Shown here: positions 25,724-39,240 of the stretch, piece by piece
Numbering within the stretch: the stretch's first letter is position 1
Layout of the letters: each line of letters opens with the position of its first letter
NCBI GenBank assembly: GCA_963693365.1
Contig: CAVNZM010000008.1
Location: 372,001-436,000, forward strand
Length of the DNA stretch: 64,000 nucleotides
DNA from: Amoebidium appalachense
Taxonomy: Eukaryota > Protista > Ichthyosporea
Direction: 5' to 3'
Notes under the pieces: model-generated
What the model saw: the letters and a program-made list of their open reading frames with translations, nothing else
Database searches by the model: none
What the model was told of the DNA's origin: nothing
Program-made: the position numbers and the translations under genes

Positions 25724-26273
25724 GAGGGGGAGGGACTCGACTATTGGCAAAGTGAGTTGAGGGCTCCTGGCTTAGGGATAGTTTGCATCATTTCTGAAAA
25801 AATTGTTTATTATTAGACTAAATAGTATTAAGTGCATGCCGAGGCATGTGCACAAGTATATGTATGTACAGGTCACCACTATGTACAGTGTGCGGCCGCA
25901 GCCCTTACTCACGTTCGATTTAAGCTTAATTATAATGTAATGTGTTATGTAATACGAATGGGAAATAATGCAGCCAGAGTCTAATACTCGCACAAATGGT
26001 AAAGAGAAAAAATAAAACAAATACCTGCCCATTTCGCACTGCTGGCCACAGCACCCTTACGAGAAAGTACAACAACAAGAAGCAAACAGACCAACAAAAG
26101 CAGCTCTGTTGGTCACTACATCACAGCATGCCCTGCATGCTTTAACAAACCTATCCATTCTATCTGCTACGTCACGGGACTACAACACACATTCAAAATC
26201 GATGCCACAGCACCCACACTGAACACTATAAACTAGGTGGCCCCCTGCTAGGCGACATTGGGCACGTGTGCCC

Positions 26274-26564
26274 TCACACCACATCGTTCCTGTAGATGTC
26301 CGCCAGTTTTGTGACCAGGGACGTGCATGAGGCCGTGGCATCCCCAAACAGCATGCGGGTGTTTTCGCGGAAAAACAGCGGATTCTCAACACCTGAGGGG
26401 TACAGGGGGTAAGGAGATGCTTAGAGGGTGGGTGAGGTGGGGGGTAGGTGTGCTTGGTTGAAGTGGAGCTGGGGGGAGTGGAAGTGGTGGTGCTGGTGGT
26501 GGTGGTGGTGGCTGCGTTTGGATTGTGTGTGTGTGGCGGTGGCGGTGGTGGGGGGGGGGGGGGG

Positions 26565-26626
<62 letters not shown>

Positions 26627-26862
26627 GTTTTGCCAGACGTGTGCAGTTCGTGTGTATATGGATGCTGCAGACGTGTAGGTGTGTGTTCGAGGGTGTGTGG
26701 CTGCAGGCACAGGCCAGCAAAGACGTGGACCATGGACCTTCAGAAGACGTGCTTGCGCTTTGGCCGGGAGGGTTGGGTTCGGTTGGGGTGGGGGGGGGGG
26801 GGGGGGGGGGGGAGGCAGGTGGTGCATGTCATTGTTTAATGTGCGCATTCATGCACGTAGCC

Positions 26863-26911
<49 letters not shown>

Positions 26912-28813
26912 CACCTGCATAGCCGGCGGCCATGGAGCGCTTCATGACGATGGTGGTCTTGGCCTGCCACACGGGGCACACCGGCATGCCGTAGATGTCC
27001 GACCCGGGGTCCTCCTCGGCCGCAGGGTTGACCGTGTCGTTGGCACCAATCACAAGCACCTGTGTGTGCCCATATATGGTTAGTGCCCTGCAACGAACAC
27101 AAGCACCTACATGTGCCCATATATGGCTAGTGCCCTGCACCAATCACAAGCACCTACATGTGCCCATATATGGCTAGTGCCCTGCACCAATCACAAGCAC
27201 CTACATGTGCCCATGTATGGCTAGTGCCCTGCACCAATCACAAGCACCTACATGTGCCCATATATGGCTAGTGCCCTGCACCAATCACAAGCACCTGTGT
27301 GTGCCCATATGTGGCTCGCACTCTGCAATGGACGTTAGTTTCATTCACGTGCAGCTACAGATGCATGTTGGTACGTATAAGTTGCCTATTGGTATCGTTT
27401 GTGTTTGTGGGTGTGATCCACATGGCTAGTGCATTAGATGGGCACATGTTCCCAATCTCAAGCAGTGAAATATGTCCATAATCAAACATGGCAAAGAATA
27501 ACGACAGGCACCCACCCATGTGCCTGCAACACACAAACACACACACTCAGCCCCCCACCCCTGTCCCAGCCACCCCCCTCCCCCCCCCCCCCCCCTCCCC
27601 CCCACCCCCCCCCCCCCCCCCCCCCCCCCCCACCCTACCACATCGGTGGCATCGAAGGCGTCCTTGACCTCGTCCAGCTCCTTCACAATGTCGTAGGGGA
27701 TGTTGGCCTCGGCAAGCAGCACGTTCATGTGCCCCGGCATGCGCCCGGCCACAGGGTGCACACAGAACTCAACGTCTGCAGCGTGCCGAGGGTGAGTGTG
27801 TGCCTTAATCACATGTGCGTGTGTGTGTGTGTGTTAGGGTATGTGCGTGTTGGAGGGAGGGGGGGGGGGGAGGGAGGGGAGGGGCGGCTGTGCAGATATG
27901 TGCCTACACGTGTAGTGTCTTCGAGAGTGCTCTAAGCCCAACCAACTTCGAACCCACATGCACGACACATGTTAGCAGCTGATTGGCAGTCAATCATCCA
28001 TGTAGCGGGAGGGGGAGGGGGAGGGGGGGGGGCTGTACAACCAGGATACAACTCGGATAGGGCATAGGGTGTGGTCTGGGTGGTGGTGTGGGGCCGGGGG
28101 GTGGAGTTTTTGTGTGGGATGGGGGCACGAGGCTCCTTTAGTGTGGCTTGGGCGTGGGGGATGGTGGGGGAAGGGGATGTGTGGTGCTAGCGCAGGGGTG
28201 GGGGCAGGGGGGGGCACGGACCCTTTCCGTTGTCCCGCAGCAGGCGGGTCAGCTGGGCAATAGAGTGCTGGGCCTTGGACACGGCCATGCCGTAGCCCGG
28301 CACGATCATCACCTTGCGCGACGCCACAAGCAGCCGCGCCTGCAAGGTGGTGCGTAAGCATGGTGGGCGGGTGGGTACAGCTAGTGGTGCAAAGGTAGGG
28401 TGTGTATGTCCAAGTTGTGGTGCATATGTGGCATGTACTTGCAGATTATGATATAAAAGTATTCGGCATCAACTTAATGCATATACAACGTTCAGAGGGC
28501 ACAAGGGGTCGGAGGAATAGGGCTGAAAGACAAAAGCGGGGAGGTGGTGGAGGAGGTGGTGGTGGGGGAGGAGGGAGGGAGGGTTGGGGGGGATTGGAGC
28601 ATCAAACCAGGTAACAGAAGGTATGACAAAAGGTTCGAACTGGGAACTGTGAATGCCCTGCTTCTCTAACAATCTCTCTTCCTCTTCTCCCACTCCTCTC
28701 CTATCTTGCAATATGCATGGGTGCTGTTGTGTGCACGTGTATCTTGGCCCTCGTGTGTGCGCAACCGCACATGGTCTCTTTCTATTACTATTGTGGTGGT
28801 GGTGGTGATGGAG

Positions 28814-28849
<36 letters not shown>

Positions 28850-29588
28850 GGGAGGGAGAAGGAAGCATACGGCCTCGTCGTGCTGCATGGGGGTGACCTG
28901 GCCGGTAATGGACACGTGCCTGGCCGGCTTGTGCACGCCCTCGCCAAAGCCCCCCATGATGACGGACCAGAACGACCGGCCCATGCCTGCACACATCACG
29001 TACGACAGGATCGCACCGCTGCTGCCAACAAGCGCCCCTGCACCGTCCTGTCAGTCCATGATTCAAGGGGGGGGGGGGGGGGGGGGGGGGGGCACGTGCA
29101 ATGCCGGTATTGCACAACGGACACTGCATCGGGATAGAAAGGGAAGAATGGTTTCGTTGTTTGTGCCTGCGTGTTTGTGTGTGTGTGTGTAGGAGGGGGG
29201 GGGGGAGGGGGGGGGGGGGGGGGGAGAGGGGGGGATATGATGGTGTGCGTGTTATCAGGCATGCATGTGTTATTGTGTGTGTGTGTTTTGGGGTGGAGGG
29301 GGGGGGAGGGGGGGAGTATGTATGGCTACCTGTGACAATCAGCAGGTGGTTGCCCAGCAGGAAGCCGTCGGCGGCACAGGCCCAGCCCGAGTACGAGTTG
29401 AGCATGGAGATCACCACGGGCATGTCCCCCCCACCTATGGCCACGATCAGGTGCACGCCCAGGTAGCACGAAAGCAGCGTCAGCACCCCCAGAGTCACCA
29501 GCGCCTCGAACATGGCCGACGGCGCCAGCCACAGGAAGTAGCCCAGCCCCTGTGTGTGCTTGTCAGTTTTTTTATATTTTATTTTTAT

Positions 29589-29629
<41 letters not shown>

Positions 29630-30679
29630 GGGGGGGGGGGGGGGGTGGATATGGACGGGGTTACTTGTTGGTAGCAGAATGGAGTGAGGGAACACGAAGG
29701 CACACTCTCGTGGCAGGCGCCTGTGATTGTTCTGACAAAGGACCTAATATTGAATACTTAGGTGCTTGTGGCATGCATATGTTTGCTTAAAGCCAGAGGG
29801 GACTTTGTGTGGTAAGTGGGGTGTGTGCATGTGGTATCTTTGTGCAACCATTCCACAAACATAGCCATTCAGGGAAAGGTTCGTTCGGGGCACCGCGCCC
29901 ACGCGCCCACATGCTTGTTGGAGGTGCTTGTGATGGCTCTTACACAGGGTCCCGAACAATGAAGCTTGAGGTAAGCATGTGCCAGCTTGATGCCAAAGGG
30001 AATCTTGTGTGCGAATGGAGTGTATGCAAATGCGGATCTGTGTGCATCAACAAACACAGCCATTGGAGGGTAGGGCAGACCCACGGCAAAAGACACGAGG
30101 AAGAGGAAGACGGTGAACGTGTGGCGCATGGGCAGCAGCAGGGGCTTGGAGGGCAGCAGCGCCCGCAGCTTGCCAAAGGCTATCACCGACCCCGTGAACG
30201 TCACCCCCCCGATCAGCACCCCCAGATACACCGTCACCTTGTGGATCACTAGCTCCGCTCCCTCGAAGTTGGCCACCTCGTTGATGTAGCTGCACGGGAG
30301 TGTGTCAGTGGCTGTAGTGTGTGTGAGGGACGGGATGAAGGGATTGGGGGCGGGGGGGAGGGGGGAAAAAGGGGATGTGTGGACTAGAGTGTGGCAAGCA
30401 TAGAAGCAAAGACAACAGAGAAGACACATGAACAGTGGCCAACACCGTCGGAGAGGTTCCTGTGCCTCCACAAAAGAACGGGGTTTAAATTTTTACTTTC
30501 TTGGGCATGTTTCCTACCATCCGTTTCCTTCACGAGCCATAGTCGAGTCAAAACCATAACTTAGACTTTGATACATTTGCTTGGTTTCACGATAGGCAGC
30601 AAAGCAGTGTCCATGCAACACAAGAGGCGAAGGTCTGTCTAGGGGAGGGGAGGGGGGAGGTTCCTTTTTTTTTTTTTTT

Positions 30680-30729
<50 letters not shown>

Positions 30730-33060
30730 CGATACCTTGAAATGGAGACGAGGACGGCAGCCAGACCGACCAGCGAGTGGAAGCCGGCAACAAGCTCTGG
30801 CAGTGACGTAATGGATACCCTAAAAAGGAAAGGGGGGTCAGGCATGTGGTGGGCACATGAAAGTGGGCATTGGCTGGACAATAAGGTATGCTGGGTAGAT
30901 AGTGCGGCAGTGATAAGCTCCTTCACACGGGGCCGATGCTATGCTTGGGGGTCGGCACCCACATGTGCAAATTATAGATTAGGGGCTTGGGGCTTTATGC
31001 CGTTCACAATGCAAGTACACATACTTGATATATGGTGGAAACCACATGCACAGCTCCTCATGCACATCACCTTGATCAATGTGCTATCTAACAAAAACAT
31101 TCCAAATTGATACATGTGTGTGTGTGTGTGCGTGTGTGTGTGTGTATGTGTGCATGTGTGTCTGCATGCGTGCGTGTGTGCATGCACCACACCTTGCGGC
31201 TATGAGTGTGCCGATGACTGCGCCGGGCAGCAGGGAGATGAGCAGCTCGAAGTAGTAATCCTCCGGGCTGGGGATGTACGGGTACGAGCCCACCAGCGCC
31301 ACAAACATGCCCACCATGCCCAGCAGGTTGCCCCGCTTGGCGTGCGCCGCATCAGAAAGGTGCGCCAGTGCCTGAGGGGGTGTGTGTCAGGGCATGCATA
31401 GTGCGGCAGGCACACAGTCCATGTGTGGGTTGATATATGTCTGGTCGGGTTGTGAGGGCACAGACTGCATACATGCCTGCATGTGTGTGTGCATGCCTGC
31501 ATGTGTGCCTCGTATAAACTAAACCCGGCATATAGGCTGCTAAGTGGTGGGGAACGGAAAAGAGCTGGACAGGTGGGCAGGGAAGCAGGGAAGGGAGGGG
31601 GAGGGGGGGGGGGGGGAAGGGGGGGGGGGGGGGTGGATAGCAAAGCATACCATGATGAAGAGGAGGGAGCACAGCAGGTAGATGAAGGAGATGAGGGTGT
31701 CTCTGTCCGGGGCAAAGTGGTACGTGGCCAGGTAGGCTGCACCAATCAGCAGCGCCCCGACCCCGTACACGGCCGACCGGAAGCCAATGCCCACTGGATT
31801 GGGTCCATCGTGCTCGCTCTTGAACATGTTGAGCATGCGCTGTGAAGGAGGGTAAGTGTCGACATCGGCATGGCAACATGGCACACCCTTTCTTTAATAA
31901 GGTACTTCTACGAATTATGTTATCCGACATGATGTAATACCACTTAGACCACCATCACCACATTGGCATATTAGCTGCTGGAACCATTCATTCCCCTCAT
32001 GTTCATGCACCCAAACCCGAAAGCTCACCCTTACGTACATTAGAACGGTACCAGACGCACAAAACGGAGACCCCCCCCCCCCCTCACCCCCCAAACCAAC
32101 ACACACACACACACCCACACACACCTGTGTGACGAAGAATCCACCGAAGATGTTGACACTGGCCATGGCCACGGCCAGCACGGCCATGACTGCAGGGGCA
32201 GCGGTGAGGGGCCCAAAGCAGGCAAAGCCGCCGATGACAATGATGCCCGAGATGGCGTTGGTCAGCGACATGAGCGGCGAGTGCAGCGATGGCGTGACCC
32301 CCCAGATGATCTTCCAGCCGCACACCACGGCCAGCATGAACACAAAGAACGACTGCGCAAAGTCCCTGGGCGCACAGTAGCCAAGCGCAATCAGAAGGCC
32401 CGCTAGAAGCAGGATAGCGCCCAGACGAACAGTTTCATACAGCCGCGGGTACATCTGCGTGTGTGTGTGTGTGTGTGTGTGCGTGTGTGTGTGTGAGCAC
32501 TCAGGTTACTGTTCACATGCGTACCTGCCCATGCAGATGTGTGCATGTCAGCGGCTAGCTGGGTAGGTTGGAAAGGGTGTGGTGTGGGTGCACTTGTCAG
32601 TGAGTTTTGGTGTTATGTAGCCACAACGAATAAACCAAGGGACGGATTGGAACCATTTGAAGTAAAGCTGCCTAGGTACGGTACATGTCTGTTTCTCGGG
32701 CAGTTCCAAACTACCTCACACACCACATGCTTGGTTGTGTGTCCTTTCTGACGGTCTTATGGTGGAACAAGAACAAAAGGTGCCGGTGCGGTGGGGGATG
32801 AGAGGTTGGGGGGGGGGGGGCAGGGGGACACTGAAGGGGAAGATCAGGGTAGGGAAGTAAAAGGGTAGGGAAGGGGAAGGGGGGGGGGGGGAGGTTACGT
32901 ACGGCAGACCATGGGACGGTTGCTGTGCCCTTGTGGATGAGCGGATGCTCCTCGGCCTTGCTGATGGATTGCCGCCGCCTACAAGGGCAATGAGCCGTAA
33001 GTGGCTGGGGAGAGTAGTTTTTTTTTTTTTTTTTTTTTTTTTTTTGGGGGGGGGGGAGAT

Positions 33061-33096
<36 letters not shown>

Positions 33097-34152
33097 TGTA
33101 TGCATTAGAGGGTTGGAAATATGGAGGAGACAACAAAGAGCATCAACAAAACATCACAAACGTGGGAAATCCAAAATCAAAACAATTAAGCGTGCAGGCA
33201 GAAGACGCTTGAACAGAGCCCATCATCAGGGGGGGTTCCTATGCCTCCACAAAAGCATGGGTTTCGACTCTTTAACCTCTCGCGCGTGGTTCCCAACCCA
33301 TACTTGTTTCAACAGCAATAGGCGAGTCCACCCGTCTTGGCCAAAGACGAGCAGGGTTGGGGGGGGGATATGCATGTCATAGGCATGTGTGTACCCGTGC
33401 ATGTCTGCACCTGTGTGTCTGTGCTTGTGCTGCCCGTGTGTGTCTGTATTCTTGCGCTTGTGTGCTTGTGCGGAACAGGACAAACAAAGACTACGGGTGG
33501 AGGGAGAGGAACCAAGGTGGCAGGGGGGTTTATACTCGAACTGGCGGGGCGGTGGTGGGGGCCAGGTCAGCACACCCTCCTTGATGATGGTGGCACCACG
33601 CACGATCTGAAAAGGGGGAGTGTGAGCACAGTATAAAAATGGGAAGGGGCCAGTACAAAATGAAGAGGGAAGTCGGTGAAAGCACAAGTCGTGTCCATCT
33701 TGCTCTGTTTGTCCAAACAAGCCCCCCCCCCCCCCCCCCCTCCCCACAGAAAAAAAAAAAAACCTAGCACCACCCTTGCCCCACCAATCACACATAACTC
33801 TAGCACTTTGACAATACAGCCACGTCCAACCCCATGCTCACGCTTCCTTCTATTTCCTTGACCAGCCAAGCACGTCACGTGTTTTGCTGTTTAGTTGAAT
33901 TGCCACTCCCCCTCCCCCCTCTTCCCCCTTCCCCCGATCACACACACACACACGCACACACATACATACACGCACACACATACACACACGCACACACATA
34001 CACACACGCACGTGCGCGCGCGCGCGTGCACGCAAGCACGCACACACGCACGCACGCACGCACACACACACGCACGCACATACACACACACACACATCTT
34101 TTTCCGGTATGTATGCCTTAAAAAAAAAAGGAAAAAAGTGTGAGTGTGCGTG

Positions 34153-34185
<33 letters not shown>

Positions 34186-36359
34186 GGGGGAGGGGGGGAG
34201 AAGGAAAGAAACAAGGTGTGTGTGTGTTTTTAATGGTGGGTGGGGTTAGCACCTCATCGTCCATGCGCACGAGAAACCTCTGGTCGAGCACAAACAAATC
34301 CGCAATGAACTTGCTGACGTTGTTTGAGAACATGCACGAGCTCTGCGTGGCCACCCTGCTCAGCAGGTCCGTGTAGCCCAGCACCGTCACCCCCTCGTGC
34401 ACCACGGCCTCCCCGGGCTGTGTCAGCTCGCAGTTGCCCCCCATCTCTGCCGCCAGGTCCACCACCACACTGCCCTTGCGCATGGACTCAACCATAGCCC
34501 TTGTAATCAGGGTGGGGGCCTTCTTGCCGGGCACCAAGGCCGTGCTGATGATGATATCTACCTCCTTGCACTGCCGTGCAAACAGCTCTAGCTCGGCTTT
34601 GATGAATGATTCACTCATCACCTAAGGGACCACATGTGTTAGTGCCCTATTGGCAAGGTGGCTTTGACATGCCCTTCTTGGTGATGGAAACTCGTGAGTT
34701 TTTTGATTGATATACCACAAACTCTTCGATACAACCCAGTGTCTCCCATAAATCCACACCAACCTTTCGATACTAAACCTTTTCCCTCGCATCTCGTCAC
34801 CAACTCCCAGAATCTCTAGTTCCCCTTACAACCCGGTCTTATACACCAAGCTTTTCAGTCAACTATCAGCATTACTCATAAAAAAACCACCACAGTCTTC
34901 GTCTGCCGCCTACTTTCCCCCACAGACCCACAGCAGGATACCTGCTCACATACCCACACTCCCGTCAGACACTCACCCATATTCCTTCTGATACCCATAC
35001 CAACCCGCAAATCCCCCCATTCCTCCCCACACCACCCCAACTCTCACCACCAGCCACCTTCTATCATCGACACAGCCACAAACCACGTACGATGTCTACT
35101 GTGACCAAACACACACACGAAACCCCTCCCCCCCTCCCCCCCCCCCCCCCCCCCACCTTTGCATAACCGCCCTGGCCCGTGCCGTCCTCCTTGCAGTCCA
35201 CGGTCAGGAAATGTGCCCCCATGGTCTCCACCTCCTCCTTCACTGCTGGCCGCGTGTCAAAGGCCCGCACAAGTGCACCCATGCTGTGCCACCCACCACG
35301 TGTTAGTGCCAGTTCTAATGTTCATATGTAAAAGAAACGATTCCCCTTTTTCTTCACAAATTCCAGATGGAATCTCGATGTTTTACCCTTTTGAATGACA
35401 AATCATGCACGTGGTTTCAGCCCCTTCTCGATTTACTGGTACTTTTTCCCACATAAATTGTATGTTGCTTGCTCTTTGTTCACGGGTTAAATCCAACATC
35501 GGTGCCATACACCATTGCTGAAAGAGTCGGGGAAAAGGATGCACAAGAGCCACAGAAGTTGTTACGGGAGGGTGATCATTTTGTCACACAGAGAAAAGAG
35601 AAAGACCGTGTAGGACGGCGGGGCAGCGGGGGGGGGGGGGGGGGGGGGGGGGGGGGAGGAGGGGGGGGAGGGGGGTTTTTGAATGCGTCAAAAAGTAGGA
35701 AGTACACAAGAACAAACGGATAACACGATGCAGAATGCAAGCCATACATAAAGAGTATGCATAATAAGCAGAGCCCATCCTCAGGGGGGGCCCACGTCAT
35801 CCACAGTACCCGAGTTTCGACCTATTCCCCTCGTTAACGAAACCCAACTCAGATACTGTTTCACTTGAACATGAGTAGGTCACCCGTCTTGATCAGAGAC
35901 GAGCAGGGTTGCTTATGCAGGCAAGGGCAGTGGGAAAGGCCGGGGGTTAAAGTTGCAGCAGTAAGCAGAAGCAAGGAAAATATAGATAGGAACTCAGAGG
36001 GGGGGAGGGGGGGGAGGGGGGGGGGGGGGGGCGGGAGGCTCTTAGATAAACCCACCTCTTTGCAGTGCCTGCCGCAGCCAAACCAGCCACCCCGGCGCCA
36101 ATAATCAGCACCGTGGCTGGGGGCAGCTTGCCGGCAGCAGTAATTGCGCCTGTGAACTGGCCCGGATAGGCACTGGCAGCCTCCAGCACGGCACGGTACC
36201 CCGCTATGCTGCTCTGGCTGGATAGCACGTCGTAGGCCTGCGCACGTGTGGTGCGTGGTATGCAGCTGAGTGACACAAGGGTGCCCTGCGTGCAATGGTG
36301 TCAGTGGTGGGGTTAATTTGTTTTTCTTTCTTTTCTTTTCTTTTTCCTTTCTTTTTTTT

Positions 36360-36403
<44 letters not shown>

Positions 36404-36858
36404 CTAGGGTTGGACAGATATTTCTTTGTCTTGCTAAAATATCCTCAAGATTTTTTCTTTCTATTCTACATTACCTCTGCCACTTTAACTAGCACGTTGT
36501 GCTCTAGCACACTGTGCTCTAGCGCACAGTGCACACAGTAGGTCAGCACGTGCACAGGGCCGTGTACCTTCTTTGCACGCACGACCTCCTGTATGTCTGT
36601 GTCCTGCGTGGGGTTTGCTATGCACATGAGGATGCAGTTGGGCTGCAGCAGCTCTGCCTCGTTGATGCTGTGCACAGCATTCCACTGCGGCTTGCGGATC
36701 TTGACCACCAGCGTGCTGGACCACACCTGCTTGATGTCCGTGGTCACCTGTGCACATACACCTTATCAGCACCACCTGACAGGGTAGAAGTATGGCGGTT
36801 TTTTTTCTTTTTTTTTGTTTTGTTTTTTATTTCTTTAGTGGTGAGTGTGTCTGTGTCT

Positions 36859-36914
<56 letters not shown>

Positions 36915-37748
36915 GGACGGCGGCGGGGGGGGGGGGGGGGGTCGGGGGGGGGGGGGTTTGAATGCGGAACACGGTACGAAGTACGCATACACGATGAGAA
37001 GCATGGTGCAGGACACATGCAAAGGCAAACATTCAACTATGCAACATCAGCCATGCGCACAGTATGCGTCATAAGCAGAGCCCATCCTCAGGGAGGGCCC
37101 AAGTCATCAATTGCGTCTGAGGTTCGACCCCTTAGCCCGCGTATATACGACTCGGGGGGGGGAGGGGGGGCCTCGAGGTACATGGATGCATCCTTTTCCT
37201 TCCCCCCCTCCCTTCCCACCCCCTTCCCACCCCCACGTCCTCAAACTCAAGGCGTGCACCCATCCACACACGTGCACACATATGGGTACGCACCACCGCA
37301 CCGGACTTTCTGTACATGTCGTCAGCGAAGGTTGCAGCCTGCCCGGCCCCAGACTCCACCACCACCGTTAGCCCTGGCCCCACGGTTAGAACACACACAG
37401 AGTACAACTACCAAACGTATAAGCACCTGCCCTCTTGCAGATTGCTCAAACGTTCTTTCTACCTGCATTCTCTCCGCTAGTTGTTCTGTGATGCAAGTAA
37501 CTGCATGGTAGAGTAGACACTCGGAGGTAGCTCCTCACTAGTGATGCGGTAGAAAAAAGAAACACTTCAGGTCGCGGTTTTTGATACGTATGTGTGTCTT
37601 ATGTCTTCACACCTACCTTTGGCCGTAAGGATGGCAACCCCGGCGGGGTTGATGGCCACACGCTTCTCCCCTGAATGGACCTCACGTGGCACACCCACTG
37701 TTACCCGTTGAAGAGGGATGCCTGTCACGTCTGCATGTGTTTTATACA

Positions 37749-37806
<58 letters not shown>

Positions 37807-38530
37807 TGTGTGTTTCCGCACGTATGTGTGCGTGCTTGTTTGTTCGTGAGCGTGTACACGTGTGCGTGCGTCTGCGTGTTTGTTCGTGCGCATGCGTGTT
37901 GTGTGTGTGTGTGTGTGTGTCTGTGTGTCTGTGTGTGTGTGTGTGTGTGTGCCTATATATGCGAGCCCGTTTGCGTTTTTTTGGTGTGATGTGGACGACA
38001 TGGAAAAGACTGACATAAGAAAGGGCTTGAGGAGAGGGACACAGCCGTGAAAGCAGGGTTCATGGACAGGGGAAGGGGGGAGAAGAGAAGAACCAAAGTG
38101 TCAAGATAATCCTCATTTTATGAAGCCATATATAGCACGACGACCAAAACGGCACGCTGGGAATGCCTTAAACTATTACACAACACTGTTCATGCAAGTT
38201 TGTGCTGACAGCAGCCACCCTACTGCCTGCAACCCAAGGTCCTCCCTACAGGTACGGTACACTCCTGCATGTTCCGCCGCACCCCTTCCCCCCCCCCCCC
38301 CCCCCTCCCCCTCCCCCTTCCTTCCCTCTCCCCTCCTCCCCCAACACTCAAACCGTCACCCCCGTTGCTCTCAATCTGCTCCTCGCTTCCCCTCTCCCCC
38401 ATTCCCAACCCACACCCCGCCCACCTGAGGTATAGTCATCCCTCGTCCCCGCACTTGCATCGTAAGCCTTGCTGACTCCCCCCCCCAAAAGGGGTTGGTC
38501 AATCTGACTGTGGTCGCTTGGCCGGGTCAT
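26274..38530 (-). CDS. NNT: Proton-translocating NAD(P) transhydrogenase, single chain dI-dII-dIII (alpha-beta order), ~20 exons
   Basis: Spliced exons encode [134 protein letters not shown] and GVENPLFF…MLFGDA. Stop TGA at 26276-26274. Confidence 0.96.
27044..27310. repeat. 47-bp tandem repeat spanning an NNT intron/exon boundary
   Basis: CACCAATCACAAGCACC recurs at about 27044, 27090 (variant), 27138, 27185, 27232 and 27279. Confidence 0.9.
35676..35833. repeat. Short interspersed repeat, copy 2 (NNT intron)
   Basis: Near-identical to 17631-17788. Confidence 0.9.
36956..37135. repeat. Diverged relative of the short interspersed repeat (NNT intron)
   Basis: Shares TTTGAATGCG, TACGAAGTAC, AGTATGC…ATAAGCAGAGCCCATCCTCAGGG…GGGCCCA.GTCATC and TTCGACC in the same order. 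Confidence 0.75.
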
Positions 38531-39208
38531 AGTATCGTTGCACCCTCACGCGAGTGCAAAACATAAATTAAACTAGCTATTGGTGTGGAAAAGGAGTACA
38601 ATATACCCTTTCTAAACGAGAAACAAGAAAACCCTTCAGTTTTATTTTTCTTCGCAAAACAGCTGTATCACACCTACAGGCTACACAAGCATAAGCCTGA
38701 ATCGAAAGTACACGTAGGATTTCCCTTTATACTTGCGGGCTGCCCCATTGGCCCAAGCAAACTATTGGCTTAAAATCATGCGTATTGTGGGTGGGAAAGT
38801 GGCAATAGAAAGAAAATTCTTACTGCCAATCGTATGTACCTCCACAGTTCAACTTGAGTGTTCCCTTGAGAACTTCCACAGCTCGGGCCCAACAGTATTA
38901 TAGCGCACGTGTGTTCTTCATTTTGCATTTAAAAAATTAGGAGAACATCATTTGTGTATGCATATTACTTGATTTCTAGACCAATAAGTTAGTAATATCC
39001 ACATACGTAATGACGTAACGATCAAAGTACGATCCCTTTTTGCACGCTGTGATTGGTGTATAGTCACTGCTAATGCTTGCCAACGTTTATCACAACACTA
39101 AGGCGGTATTTGGGCTGGAATTTTCGACAGTTCGAAGCTTCGGACACGACACCGTACCTGTGCTCATCATTGAGCGAAAGCCCTTCGGGTCTCAGTCTCC
39201 TGCACTGT

Positions 39209-39240
<32 letters not shown>

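Noticed and set aside
37117-37135. tRNA T-arm/B-box-like hairpin TGAGGTTCGACCCCTTA
   Set aside because: No acceptor, D or anticodon arms are present, and the stem is not kept in the other two copies.
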